Of a stretch of 64,000 nt of DNA, positions 18,814 to 30,204 are shown piece by piece. The notes beneath the pieces were generated by a model. It did no database searches and had not been told where the DNA came from. It saw nothing but the letters and a program-made list of their open reading frames with translations. Made by a program: the position numbers and the translations under genes. Each line of letters opens with the position of its first letter. Positions within the stretch are counted from its first letter, which is position 1. This DNA comes from Psammoneis japonica (lineage: Eukaryota), in assembly GCA_008632985.1 (NCBI GenBank), contig QPGO01000086.1, positions 124,001-188,000 of the forward strand, in the 5' to 3' direction.

Positions 18814-19902
18814 ATGTCGCCAAAGATTAAAATAACAGTGGAGGGCGTTGGTGGTGTGAAACTGAGTAACGATGACGAGTTCGATAAGTGGCTCAACAAG
18901 AAAAATGTCGAGTGCTTGCGCGACAGCGAACGGGATGAAGTTGTAGGCTTCGCATCGCTTGAGAATGGTGGCAAGTACACAGTAGGTGCACCTAAGACAG
19001 AGTCTGATTTGAACAGAATGTCTGTTGAGCGATTAGAGAAGATTGCTGCCTTTGCAGAATCTGAGATGGAGGATAGAACCAAAAACAAGAGCATGTCGGA
19101 GGCCTCTGCAGACTGGGCGGACTCAATTCTTGCTGCTTATGGTGTCAAGCATGTCAGGAAGAAAGAGGTAGTTGATGCCATCGGCTCTTTTAAAGATCCT
19201 CCGCCATACGAATGGAACAAGGGCGAACATGGAGGCACCCCGGGGGCTCTTGAGTGGCTGAAAGACAACTTGTTGGGATCGAGTACCGGTAGTCCTTACG
19301 ATTTGAAGGTTGTTACTGGTGCCAAACTTCCAAAGGTGAAAGGAAATCGCAAAAGTGCCACGGGAAAGACTGATATTCTAATAGGAAAATCAAAAGACAT
19401 CAACAAAGGTTCGACTTTTGACTTCGCCATGGGAGTTATTGAACTCAAGACAAACAAGTGCCCCTTGAAAGTTTGGCAAAATCTGCTGGAGCTGTTGTCC
19501 TTATCTACGGCAAGCGCCTTCAAGAGAGCCGTTGTCCTCCTTGCGACCGACTGTAATGCAAAGTGGGAACTTTTCTATTTTTCATATGCCCACACAATAA
19601 CATCGAAAGTCTACGACCATGGCAGCAAGGCCTGGGATGACTTCTTGCAACTGCTCAATTCTGCGAGTGATTGCGATTACGTCGACAGAAATAGTTTGCG
19701 GTTTTCATCATTGCCGCAAGTGGGTGAGCAAAGTTTGGAAGGATTTGATATGTCAGACAGGGACAAGAAGAAAGCAAAAGCTGAAGAAGATGAAGCCATG
19801 TTGGAACACTTTGCCGACAGAATGTCTGATATCTATGGCGAACGTCCAGTTGTTCCTTGGTGGGCACGTGCGAATGCCAGGATCCCTGATTACTATGTTT
19901 AG
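18814..19902 (+). CDS. Crinkler-like protein with a putative PD-(D/E)xK (REase-fold) domain
   Basis: Intact intronless ORF from ATG 18814; GKTDILI..GVIELKT..QNLLEL..VVLLATD..W pattern. Confidence 0.6.
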   Translation: MSPKIKITVEGVGGVKLSNDDEFDKWLNKKNVECLRDSERDEVVGFASLENGGKYTVGAPKTESDLNRMSVERLEKIAAFAESEMEDRTKNKSMSEASADWADSILAAYGVKHVRKKEVVDAIGSFKDPPPYEWNKGEHGGTPGALEWLKDNLLGSSTGSPYDLKVVTGAKLPKVKGNRKSATGKTDILIGKSKDINKGSTFDFAMGVIELKTNKCPLKVWQNLLELLSLSTASAFKRAVVLLATDCNAKWELFYFSYAHTITSKVYDHGSKAWDDFLQLLNSASDCDYVDRNSLRFSSLPQVGEQSLEGFDMSDRDKKKAKAEEDEAMLEHFADRMSDIYGERPVVPWWARANARIPDYYV

Positions 19903-20730
19903 ATATTGTTTGTTGGAATAATGAATCAAGCAAGTCAAAATGAGCACTTGTATGCAACTCAGGGTGCATGCGCCTTGGATGTTGTGGCTCACGACAGCTA
20001 CAGGCAAGACCAAGGCTGAGCATATGTTCGTGTGCTCCATGCCGTGTTATCACCGGAACGTTTCCTTTGGTACGTTAGTGGTGAATGTCGCCGAATAATG
20101 GGAAGGCGCTCGGGGCTCGCTGATTGGTTGTGGAAGTCATTGAAGAGTGAAAACACAAACATTCATATATTTGCTCTTCTCCTTACTGGATATCAAGTTT
20201 AGTTATTCAATACTACCCCGAAGGACAAAGGGGAATTCTTGAAGGCTGTTTACAATTTTGCAGAAATTCTATTCGAGAAAGGACAGACCAGTAACCTTCC
20301 AATTGACCAAGTTGAATGGTAATGCCACGACTCCAAATACTCTACCGAAACAAGCTGATCACAAAGTCATAAGTTTCGTGAACCCATCGTTTGCAGACGT
20401 CGCTTTGAGAGAAAACCTGGCTGTTGCTGTCGTGCCGGATGATCCAAACTGCATGAGCATCAAATTCTAGTCGAAAGAGTCAACGTCAGGTAGACCGTCA
20501 AAGAAACTCAGACCCCGGAAATCTTTGTCCCGTGCTTCCGTGTAAATGTTGTTGCCACCAAATCGGATGTTACGTCAGCGACAACACATCCTTTTGTTAC
20601 ATCTGTGTTTGACGAGTTTCAGCGCTACTCTGTAGCTACTTAGGGTCCTATTTTGGAAAGGCTGTTTCCATTCCCGGTGTGGAATCGATCGACGCGGCTC
20701 CCCGGAATCATGTTGTACGTACCGTGTAGT

Positions 20731-20848
20731 CTCTATTAGCTCTAGCTCTCTACTACTAGAGTAGAGAGTAGCTACTAAGCTAGAGCTACTCTAGCTACTA
20801 CTAGAGCTAGCTAGTGGCTACTCTTAGAGTAGAGAGAGAGTAGAGAGT
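20731..20848. repeat. Low-complexity TAG/CTA/AGAG tract
   Basis: ...ctctagctctctactactagagtagagagtagctactaagctagagc...; similar tracts at 461-499 and 22855-22891. Confidence 0.85.
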
Positions 20849-20890
20849 CGTTGTTTCCGCCACCCACAACCCAAAACCGCGACCTAACCA

Positions 20891-22700
20891 TCCATGTGGA
20901 AGATGCACAAAAACAAGAGTACAAATTGAAGAAAAATGAAGAGTTGGAAGGCTCTCAAGTCCAACCTGGCATGTGGTGCAGTTTGAGAAAAAGAAGCAGA
21001 GCAACATTGACAAAATTGTGCTGATGCCCTCATCCTGTGGAGTGACAAATTTTGGTGGGTGTGGGGTCTCTCTTTCTTGCATCTGCTGTGGACTGACTGC
21101 AAAGACGCCAAGTGTCAAGCCTCTGAGAAAATGGAGAAATGCCACATTGTGCAGCTCTTGCAGCGAGTTTTCACAGATGATTTTTTGGCACATTTTTGGC
21201 ATGAAACAGGCAAAATGCTGGAACACATCTCCTCTCAGGACACTGCAGGGGAATCAGAGGAGCAACCCTCTTCACAATGGCAGCAGGCATTTCAATTTTA
21301 GAGGCACAACCAATTTTGTTGCTTTTGTTGCAGAAAATGTTTTCTCTGCATGCACTCGCAAGAGCAACGCACCATGCATTGTGTGCCAAATCGGGAGATG
21401 GGTGCTGAGCAGTTTTGTGCAAAATTGCTGTTGTTCTTCACAATTGCAAGAGCTTTTTCTGAGTGGCTTCCTGTTTTCCACATTCTCATTGACTCAAGAA
21501 GGTTCATCATCAGAGAGGGCAACCATGGCAAGGCTTGAGAAGTGCACCCATGTGCCTCTTGATTTATTCCCAGCTTGCTTGGTTGAAACAAGCATCTGGG
21601 CAGGCTGCAAACAAAACTTCCTTGGACAGATCATCTTGAAAGTCCACATGCTCCCATCTGGTGTGTTCTTTTTTTTCCTCTTGAGAGGTTGCGCATGGAC
21701 AACTGTGGTGCAGGTTGGAGGTGACTGTGCCAGAGATTTTGAGTGTGTTCCCTCCAGCACCTTCTTAAAAATGCAGTCATTGACAGCACTCTGACAATGG
21801 TTGGTGGCAACAGGCTCGGGAGCATGAGCTGCATTGCCCCCAGGGACACATTGCTTTCCTTCATCCCAGCATCACCTGGCCCAGATGAAATCACGCACTT
21901 CTTGTTGACTTTCTCTTGACATCAACTCCAGCCACCCTTGAGAATTGTTCAAAAGTGTGACAGAATCTCACCCCACATGCTGGATCATCCTCAAATCAAT
22001 GGTTTTTCCTCTGCTGAGCTCAGCAAAGCAATTTTTAACCACGCTGATGCCGTTGTTCAAAGTCTTTGTGAACAAACAGTGGATGCCCTTGGATTGGTGG
22101 CAATCATTGCAAGAAATCATCTTTGAGGATGATTGAGATCACTCCATGCTTTGATGTGTGGTTGTCTCTGGTGGATCTTTCAATTTTTCACTGAGCAGCA
22201 GCTGCAGCACGCATGTCTCGATGTGCAAGAAAACACACCTCGTCGACAACGAGCAGACAAGACATCACCCACTCTTTGCATTTTGCATCTGGTGCAACAC
22301 TCTTCTTAAAAGCACATGCACTGCCATGAGTCATTTCACTGTTGACTGCAATGGCTGCTGACCCTGCAACAGCAGCGATGACCACAGCGTGCTTCTTCAA
22401 AAGGCACACCACCAAGCTCCTTGTGCAGAGCTTCTTTGCACAAGCAATGGCGCCATCAATGACAGTGCTCTTGCCAGACCCTCCAGCAGCACAAGTGAGA
22501 AAACAAAGAGTGGCTGGCCTCCACTCTTGGCCCCACTGATTCTTTCCAAATCTCTCTTCACACCACCCATTTTTCTCCTTTTTTCCCTTCAAAGATTGAC
22601 AAACGCACGACAGTGTTCCCATCATGGAAGCATCCATTAATTTGTCGTTGCTCAGTGTTTGTAAAGACAACAAGACACATCCATCCAGCAAAGCTTTCAA
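20891..22700 (-). mobile_element. Hypermutated PIF1-helicase (Helitron-like) remnant
   Basis: FLTCAAGGSGKST (Walker A), AVAGSAAIAV, LLVVDEVCF (Walker B), DFLQ*LPPI near 22100 (GDFxQLPP motif); TpA/CpG depleted. Confidence 0.7.
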
Positions 22701-23384
22701 TTGCTATGAAACAGGATTTGTTGTTGAGAGAGGGTCAATTCGCCCCTTCATCAAAACCCGATTTATTGTCACGATAGTGTTTTGAACTCAGCAGCATGAC
22801 CCACTCGACTCAAATTTTTTGGTACAGCATTTTTTAGCTCCTGCGGCCCCTGCTCTCTAGCTAGCTCTCTAGAGTAGCTAGAGAGTAGTAGACTTCGGCC
22901 CCCCCGCTAGAGACAGAAATACACAAGATACGAGCATTGCTGGTCTCCGACTCTTTAAACCAATGTCTTGTGAGAATGTAAAATAGGCATGTGTTGTTGA
23001 AAGTGCGAAGGACGAATTTTCGTGATTGATCTAACTAACGCGACCCTCAAGTTGGGCCCTCTACTCTCTAGAGAGAGTAGTGTAATGTGTGTTCCTTGTT
23101 GAAAACGGGGTTTTGTGATTTACACGTCAAATCACGGGTTGGGCAGTAAAGCTGATGGTACTACGCGGCTATGCTAATGGTCCTTTGTCGAGCACACGCA
23201 TAAAGAACAGAGGTTTTTTAGTTTATTATTCAGTGCGGAGCAAATTTAAGGGTCCGGCCATGTACGTGTTTCCCTCATCATGCGAATAGACTAAGGCATT
23301 GACTGTTATGTTTGCAGTTTTTTCCCTCTCGTGCTGGACCTTAATTGAACTTCAGTGCTTCAGAGTGCCTTTTCATGTGGTTCC

Positions 23385-24908
23385 TCAGAGAGCGTTGATG
23401 GAGCCAATCAAATGTTCAGTTGCCTCAATAATATCATTGGCCTCTTCCAGTGGGATACAAGCGGGGTGCTTTGGGCAAGTCTTTGCGTTGACCTTGTTGA
23501 TAAAGGCTCCGAGTTTTTCCACAGCGACATTGAACTTGCCATGAACAATGAATGACACGACCTTCTCTAGCTTGCGAATGAGATTTGTTTGCAGACTTTC
23601 TTCGAAGCTGGTGAGATTGTCAATCTCGTAGATAAGCTCGTCGATGGTATTGTCAATGACTTTAACGGCACAAGCAGAATCAAAGGATTGTCCTGCATTG
23701 GTGTCGTATTCAATGCATCCAACACAACCAATACAACCACCATTTCGTAGATCACAAGCAACACAATCAGAGACGAATTTGGCCCCACTACAGCTTTCAT
23801 AGCCTGTGGCAGACGACAAGCACAATGTGGGATAATGCCGCTGACATGTACTTTCACAAAGCCATCACAATAGAGAAAACCGAAATAACCTTACCAGAGC
23901 AATCGACATACGTTGCAACAAAGGTTTCTGTAACCCCCCAGCAGCTTTCAAAGCCTGAGAAAAGAGGAATGCGGGGAAAAACCACCATGTGAGATAGCTC
24001 CGCAAAAAATATGACTGGTATTTGCGTAAGCACCAACAACGAGCAAGAACAATAACAAACGCACCAGAGCAGTAGACAGTCTTTGCATCAACGTTGGCTG
24101 GATTGCAACTTAGTTCTCCTGCAAACAGATGTTCATTTCGTTGCAGCCGCAATGTGAGGCAATACGGTGAAGAATACATCTTTCATCAACAACGAGCAAA
24201 AGCAAAAGAACTTTCTTCGTACCATGACAATCTATAGTCGTTGCAGCAATGTGTTGGACAAAAGCGCATCCTTCTGGACCTGAAAACAGATTATTGCGTA
24301 AACGAGTAGCAGCCGTAATATAATGTGAGAGAATGCCGCACATCTAATATTCGTCATTCAGCAAACCCCAGCAATAAACAAAAGTAATCTTACCAGAGCA
24401 ATCGACATGCGTTGCGTCAATGTCGGCTTCAAAGCAGCTGTAAAGGCCTTTTAAATGAGCATTTCATGGCAATCACAATATCAGAACACATTGCTATGAC
24501 GAAAACTACAGCAATGGGTTAAATCAAAGTCTTACCAGTGCAATGAACTATCGTTGCAGCAATGTTGGCATTTCTGCAGCTCTCGTCATCTGAGAATGGA
24601 GATCCATTGTCAATTGCAAGGCAAAACGAAGACATCATGTGAGGGGATGCAGTAGATCTGAAGATCATGTTAGAAACAACAACGCAAAAGGATCTCACGG
24701 GAGCAGGTAACGTCATCGCAACCACCATTATTGTGTCCCCGCAACACATCTGATGTTCGTAACATATGGCGTCTACGCCGTCGGTAACACCAATTCCCTC
24801 ATATTCATCATGACACGGACCATCAGTAATGGTACACTGGGCGTCTCCCGGTGTCGGCACCAGGCCGACAACAAGGGCGAGACAGCGGACTGCCAAGGAA
24901 ACCTTCAT
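23385..24908 (-). CDS. Secreted multi-exon Cys-repeat protein with a C-terminal FIMAH-like helical domain
   Basis: Signal peptide MKVSLAVRCLALVVGLVP; five short exons each ending xxCxG|GT; C-terminus KL..A..KLGAFINKVNA..I..A..II. Confidence 0.65.
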
Positions 24909-25253
24909 TGTTCTTTGTCAAGTGTCGCTTTTTGTTGTTCTTTGTCGCTTTTTGCAACTCTCGTTATCACGATTACGAAATCTGAATTATGAGAAGCCGA
25001 CGAGTGTCGAGTGTCAACGAAGATAGGAAGCGCATCGCATCAGTGAGCAGAATAAATACTGGACTATGTATCCGCCACCCACAACCCAAAACCGCGACCT
25101 AACCACGACTACTGTCGCTCGCGCAACGAGCAAAATGCAACACGTCGTCGTTGACAGGTGGTGACACACGACTTCACACTTGACACCTTCTCGTTGTTTC
25201 TTGTCTATCAGTAACACAACTTCGATAGTCCTCTCCAATCACTGTACTCCAAG

Positions 25254-27115
25254 ATGTTGGTGAGACGAGTTGCTCAATCAAATTTGCGACCCCTTTTGGT
25301 GGCAGCGCAGTTTACTGCCAGCGGTTCTGGGATCAATTCGGCATGCCAAGGGCAGCCTTCTCAGAAATGGAGAAACACGTCTCAGAAATGGAAAAGCACT
25401 GCGGCTCCGGGGATTCAGAATCCCGCCTTTACAGATTCCAGATATCAACGTGAAGAGAAAAAGTTTGTCAAGTCACCCATTCCTGATTTCACTGACGCCA
25501 GAGTTGCTCATGAATCCAAGACGACGACGGAACTTATTCGTGCAATTGTCGTCCTCCGCCTCTGTCGCATTAAAGCCTTGTCTGAAGAAGGCGAAGTCAT
25601 TTTGGGAAAAGCACGGAGCATTCTGGGGGATACAATCACGGAAGCTCTCCTCAGAGCAACGTTCTTTGGGCATTTTTGTGGAGGCGAACAGAAGAAGGTT
25701 TTCGACCCGTGATTGAAGACTTGCGACGTCACGGCATTGGTGGTATTTTGGATTATGCGGCAGAGAGCGATGATACCAGTCATAGTGATAATGTGGAGAA
25801 AAAATTGAGGTAGACAGCCCCACTTCCTTTAATCAACCCGCACGGGTATACGATTACGAGTCGGAAGCGGTATGCGATTCTCATGTACGCGTGTTTGAGT
25901 CTTGTATCAAGGCTGTGCAGAATGTTACACCCGAAGGCTTTGCTGCACTCAAGGTATCAGCTCTTGGTAATCCGCTCTTGCTAGAACGAATGTCAACGGC
26001 CATTACTGAATCGAAAGAACTGTTCGCAAAGTTTGATACCAACAAAAACTCTGTCTTGACGAGGGAAGAATTCGAAGAAGGATATAGGTATGTTTGTTGT
26101 GATCTCTTGAAAAATACGTGTGGCTTGAATGATGATACAGAATATATCATTACCTACCCATGCCCATCATTTTCTTCCATAATCTTGTAGGCTCTTTTTC
26201 AAGGACGGCGACGAAAAGATCCCAGGTTTGATAGAAAGGCTCGACCCTGATCACACCGGCAAAGTGGATTACATTGCTTGGTCCAAGTTGTTAACACCCA
26301 AGGATCTTCCAGAGCTTACCGTCAGTTGCCGAGAGACGGGTCCACTCGCTTTGGCGACGCCGTCGGACGAGGAATTGGAGTTGATGGAGGCCATGCACGC
26401 CCGTGCCCATTCCTTGGCCAAGCTGGCGTTTGATTGTAAAACGAGGCTCTTGATTGACGCCGAACACGTTCGTTATCAACCAGCTATAGACAATTTAGCC
26501 TTGGAGCTTCAGCGTGAGTACAATGACACCACCAAGACAGACGTTCCCATTATTTTCAACACGTACCAATGCTATCTCAAGGACGTGGCGGATCGATTAA
26601 AGATTGATGTGGAGCAATCAGAACGGAATGGATATCACTTTGCTGCCAAACTAGTTCGTGGAGCTTACCACGAGAGGGAAAATGCTCTCGCAAAGAAACG
26701 TGGAGTTCCGTCACCCATTCATGGTTCGATCGAGGACACGCACAAGTCTTATAACGACATGGTTGAGTTCTTGTTGAAGCACTCGACTGAAACCGACCAG
26801 AGGGTGGAGATTATGTGTGCGACGCACAACCAGGAGAGTATCGAAAAGGCCATTGATGTTATGAATAATCTTGGAATTGACCGATCCGCTCCTACGATGC
26901 ATTTTGCGCAATTGTATGGCATGGCGGATCATTTGTCGTACAATCTCGGAAAGAACGACCTGAGGGTGTACAAGTATGTTCCTTATGGCAAGGTTTTCGA
27001 AGTGATGCCATATCTCGTGAGGAGAGCTCAAGAGAATAGCTCATTGATGGGAAATGCAGCCATGGAACTGTCTTTATTGAGCGATGAATTGAAAAGGAGA
27101 ATCAAACCGTTCTGA
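25254..27115 (+). CDS. PRODH: Mitochondrial proline dehydrogenase with EF-hand; intron 26088-26190; two apparent 1-nt deletions (~25688, ~25800)
   Basis: FFGHFCGGE, GGILDYAAE, AALKVSALG, LLIDAE, FNTYQCYL, AKLVRGAY, ATHNQES, FAQLYGM, YKYVPYG, YLVRRAQEN. Confidence 0.92.
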
Positions 27116-28716
27116 GAATTCCCTTTTTTTTTTTTGCTAGAGAGGAAAAGTCGCTTACGACATCCAAATTTGGATTTTGATAATGTACGCACACAATCGC
27201 AAGTGCGGTTCTCACCATTTTAGAGATGCGCTGCTCTCGAAGCATCTTGTACAGATAAACTATTAGAGAACGCTATAGAAGCATTTTCAATATTGCGGCT
27301 TCTGCTTTAGTCTCCGTTTCCAATGCCTTCCATCATGGACGAAGAGCCCGCCGAAATTTATCGGCAATCTCAAGTGAGCGACTACGCCATATGTCTTCTA
27401 AACTTGTACTGAATTAGAATGTGGGGACAGTGTTACTTATTTTTCCATTTCTAGAGCTCTAGAGTATAGAAATAAAGTTGACACCTCGATGCCGGTACAA
27501 ATTAACAACGGCCTACCATCGGCATTTGCTCTGAGCCAGGACAGTTTCTCAACAAAAACCACTATTCTGTTGAAGGAGCTCAGAGGTGTCTTCTCTTTTT
27601 TTGTGTTGGTGCAGCTGGGTTGGAAAGGATGGGCTGGCACTATGCTCTTGCATAAAGTCAGGTTCTGAAGAGAAAGCGCCGTCGGCCCACAGAGTCTCTG
27701 ACGAATGACTCGTTTGTTGATTCTAGCCTTAGTAGTCTCTAAGTAGTGCAGTAGCTGGAAGTGCAACCCAAATAACCTGGACGGTGGACGGATAGAGCTA
27801 CGCTCTCGAAACAACAAAAGAGGGAGCAGGAAAAAGTGATCTCAGTTTCATACATACCGTTAGTCATTCACGTGTCCGTTGGGTTCAGTCTTCTTTTTCA
27901 ATACAACAAAATGATTTTCATTAGGATCTAATAATAAAATAATAAATAACGCTAGCTAATTTTGTATAAAAGATCTTCATGACGTAGGTTCAACGCATCA
28001 CACCAAAATTTTCAACAGACGCACTCTGGATGCACATGCGGCACAACGGAAGAGAAGAGGCCGCAACGTGCAATTGCAATCGTCGTTGAGCTGCCAACGT
28101 CGAGGCGGCGCAGGCGTATCGATTCAACAAGAGAGAGCCGTTGAACGGGTGTTGGAGGGAGTGTTTGAGTAAGCAAAAGCCGCTTTTTCTCGCATTTCAG
28201 TACGTTTCAGTGTGTTTGGAATGACACGTCGCCTGCTTAGAAAGCTCAGTGTCGAGGTGGCTGTAATTTTGCCGAAACAGTGTGTTGTGCTTTTTGTGCC
28301 GGAGTGATGATGCGTTGCATCAAGATTCCTTTCTGTAGCCGTTTTTCGTATATTTTGTCGTAGCTGGAAGGAATCACGTGGTCGCGCGCAGGTTGGGTCG
28401 AATAAGCGATCACAATTTGGTGAACTATTGCGCAATTTGCGTTGGAACAAAAAGTTAAAAGCGATCTATGCTCATGACGGCTGTATCACTTGAACGCCGC
28501 CTATTGGACGTTTTGAATGATCTGAAGGTGTGATGAGTGACGAAGCATTTTGGTGCTTGCGCAATGTGTTTCCGATCTCTGTGACGTGTTCTCGTATGTT
28601 GAGTTTTGTAAACCGAATGTTTTCAGTATGTTTTGCTCACACACTCCCTTTTCGACTCTCTTTGATTAGTCTGGATCGCCTGGCTACGAGACGCCGGTGG
28701 CAGAGTAGGCCCCATC

Positions 28717-29850
28717 ATGTCACAACCCGAGAGCAGCAACGCTCCAGGCTCAAACTCAACGATGCAAGAATCGGGGTCGCCGCATCGTGGCGAAGTAGGT
28801 CGGGAAGGACAGCCACCAATGGGCTTCCCGCCACAGGGACCATACGGAGGGCAAGGAAACTATCCTGCTCCTTATGCTCCTCAGGGGCCCTATGGAGGTC
28901 CATACGGGCCACCTCCTGGTAATGGATATGCTCCTCCGTCTCAGCAGCCTTTTGGCTACCCCCCTGGTATGCATTCTCCCTATGGCTACGGTGGATACGG
29001 TGGTCCACCACCCAGCTATGGCTATGGAGGAGGAGGTGGTGGATTCCCTACTCAGCAGGCGCAAGGTCCAGGAGGCAAGCCACAGAAGGATGACGCTAAG
29101 CCCGGGAAGAAGGGCAGTCCATCTCGGTCCAAGAGCGAGAGTCCGGTTAGAGGAGGAGGAAGGATGCGTGAGGGGGGTGTCATTGTACCGGCTCCTCCGC
29201 AGCCTCCAGTTGTAAACACCAAGCTTGCAGAAGACCTAGAGCATGCAAGATTGAGAGCTTCGAGTTCGGCTGATTCCGGAGTAACTGAGGTAGACCCAAT
29301 GCGAACGGCCTTTCACTTTTTTGTCAAGGACGTTCGGCAAAAGTACGAGGAACAAGCTGAAGAAGAAGTTCGAAATTCCACAGAGAACTATGACAAGTTT
29401 TTATTGTTTTCCAACCTGAATGGCCGTCTCATGAAGGCGTGGGAAGATGCCCCTCAAGAAGAACGAGATAGCTACATGGTCAAGGAGGAAGAGGACCGAC
29501 GACGATTCATGAGCGATGACGAAATTGCGAGTCGGCATTGTGCGACTCTCACGGCTCGAGCCAAGAGTCCTAGAGCCAGTGAAAAGAAGGAGCGTGAACT
29601 GCGTTATCCAAAGCCACAGAGCTTGCCGCTTCAAGAACCATTGAAGAAAGACGAGGACACAGCGCAAGAGGAGCCGGCTGCTGCTGCTCCGAACGAAGAA
29701 ACGAAAAAGCGTTCGTCACCGACAGGTGAATCCAACAGCGAGGATGGGCATCCCGATGAATCGCCTCCGAAAAAGAGCAAAGCATCCGATGATACAGACG
29801 AGGGAAAGAAGAAGGACGATGAGGAGCAAGAAGAAAGCCAGTCAACATGA
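28717..29850 (+). CDS. HMG-box-like protein with a P/G/Y-rich N-terminus
   Basis: PMRTAFHFFVKD...MKAWEDAPQEERDSY resembles an HMG box; 377-aa intact ORF. Confidence 0.7.
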   Translation: MSQPESSNAPGSNSTMQESGSPHRGEVGREGQPPMGFPPQGPYGGQGNYPAPYAPQGPYGGPYGPPPGNGYAPPSQQPFGYPPGMHSPYGYGGYGGPPPSYGYGGGGGGFPTQQAQGPGGKPQKDDAKPGKKGSPSRSKSESPVRGGGRMREGGVIVPAPPQPPVVNTKLAEDLEHARLRASSSADSGVTEVDPMRTAFHFFVKDVRQKYEEQAEEEVRNSTENYDKFLLFSNLNGRLMKAWEDAPQEERDSYMVKEEEDRRRFMSDDEIASRHCATLTARAKSPRASEKKERELRYPKPQSLPLQEPLKKDEDTAQEEPAAAAPNEETKKRSSPTGESNSEDGHPDESPPKKSKASDDTDEGKKKDDEEQEESQST

Positions 29851-30204
29851 GATTGGGCGGGGAAAAAGTGGCGGTGCCGGGCGTTAATTCGGAATAGACT
29901 CGCCATAAAGTAGTACAAGCATAGAGTAGCCGATTGCGGGCTTTGTACTTTAGTGATATAATTGGATGCAAATCAAGCAAGCAAAAATTTTCCCGAACAT
30001 ATCAGCAGAGCACAAAACCTAAGCTGCATAAGCAACGTGGGGCAATTGCAATCGGCATTTGGCATTTTCTATTTTCTATCCACACGATATACGTATATTG
30101 AACGACAATGGTGAGTCACCGCCGCCACGCTCAATTAGTGACAGCAACGACAGGCGTTTGAAGAGGATGCAGTATGCTCATAGACTGATCGCTTTTCGGG
30201 GTAC

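Noticed and set aside
10200..22700. Classical fungal RIP or simple 5mC deamination
   Set aside because: RIP would raise TpA; CpG decay cannot remove TpA, and younger elements lose TpA while keeping CpG.
23880..24560. Regularly spaced repeats resembling a CRISPR array
   Set aside because: Degenerate coding exon ends with splice donors in a eukaryotic gene; no cas genes.
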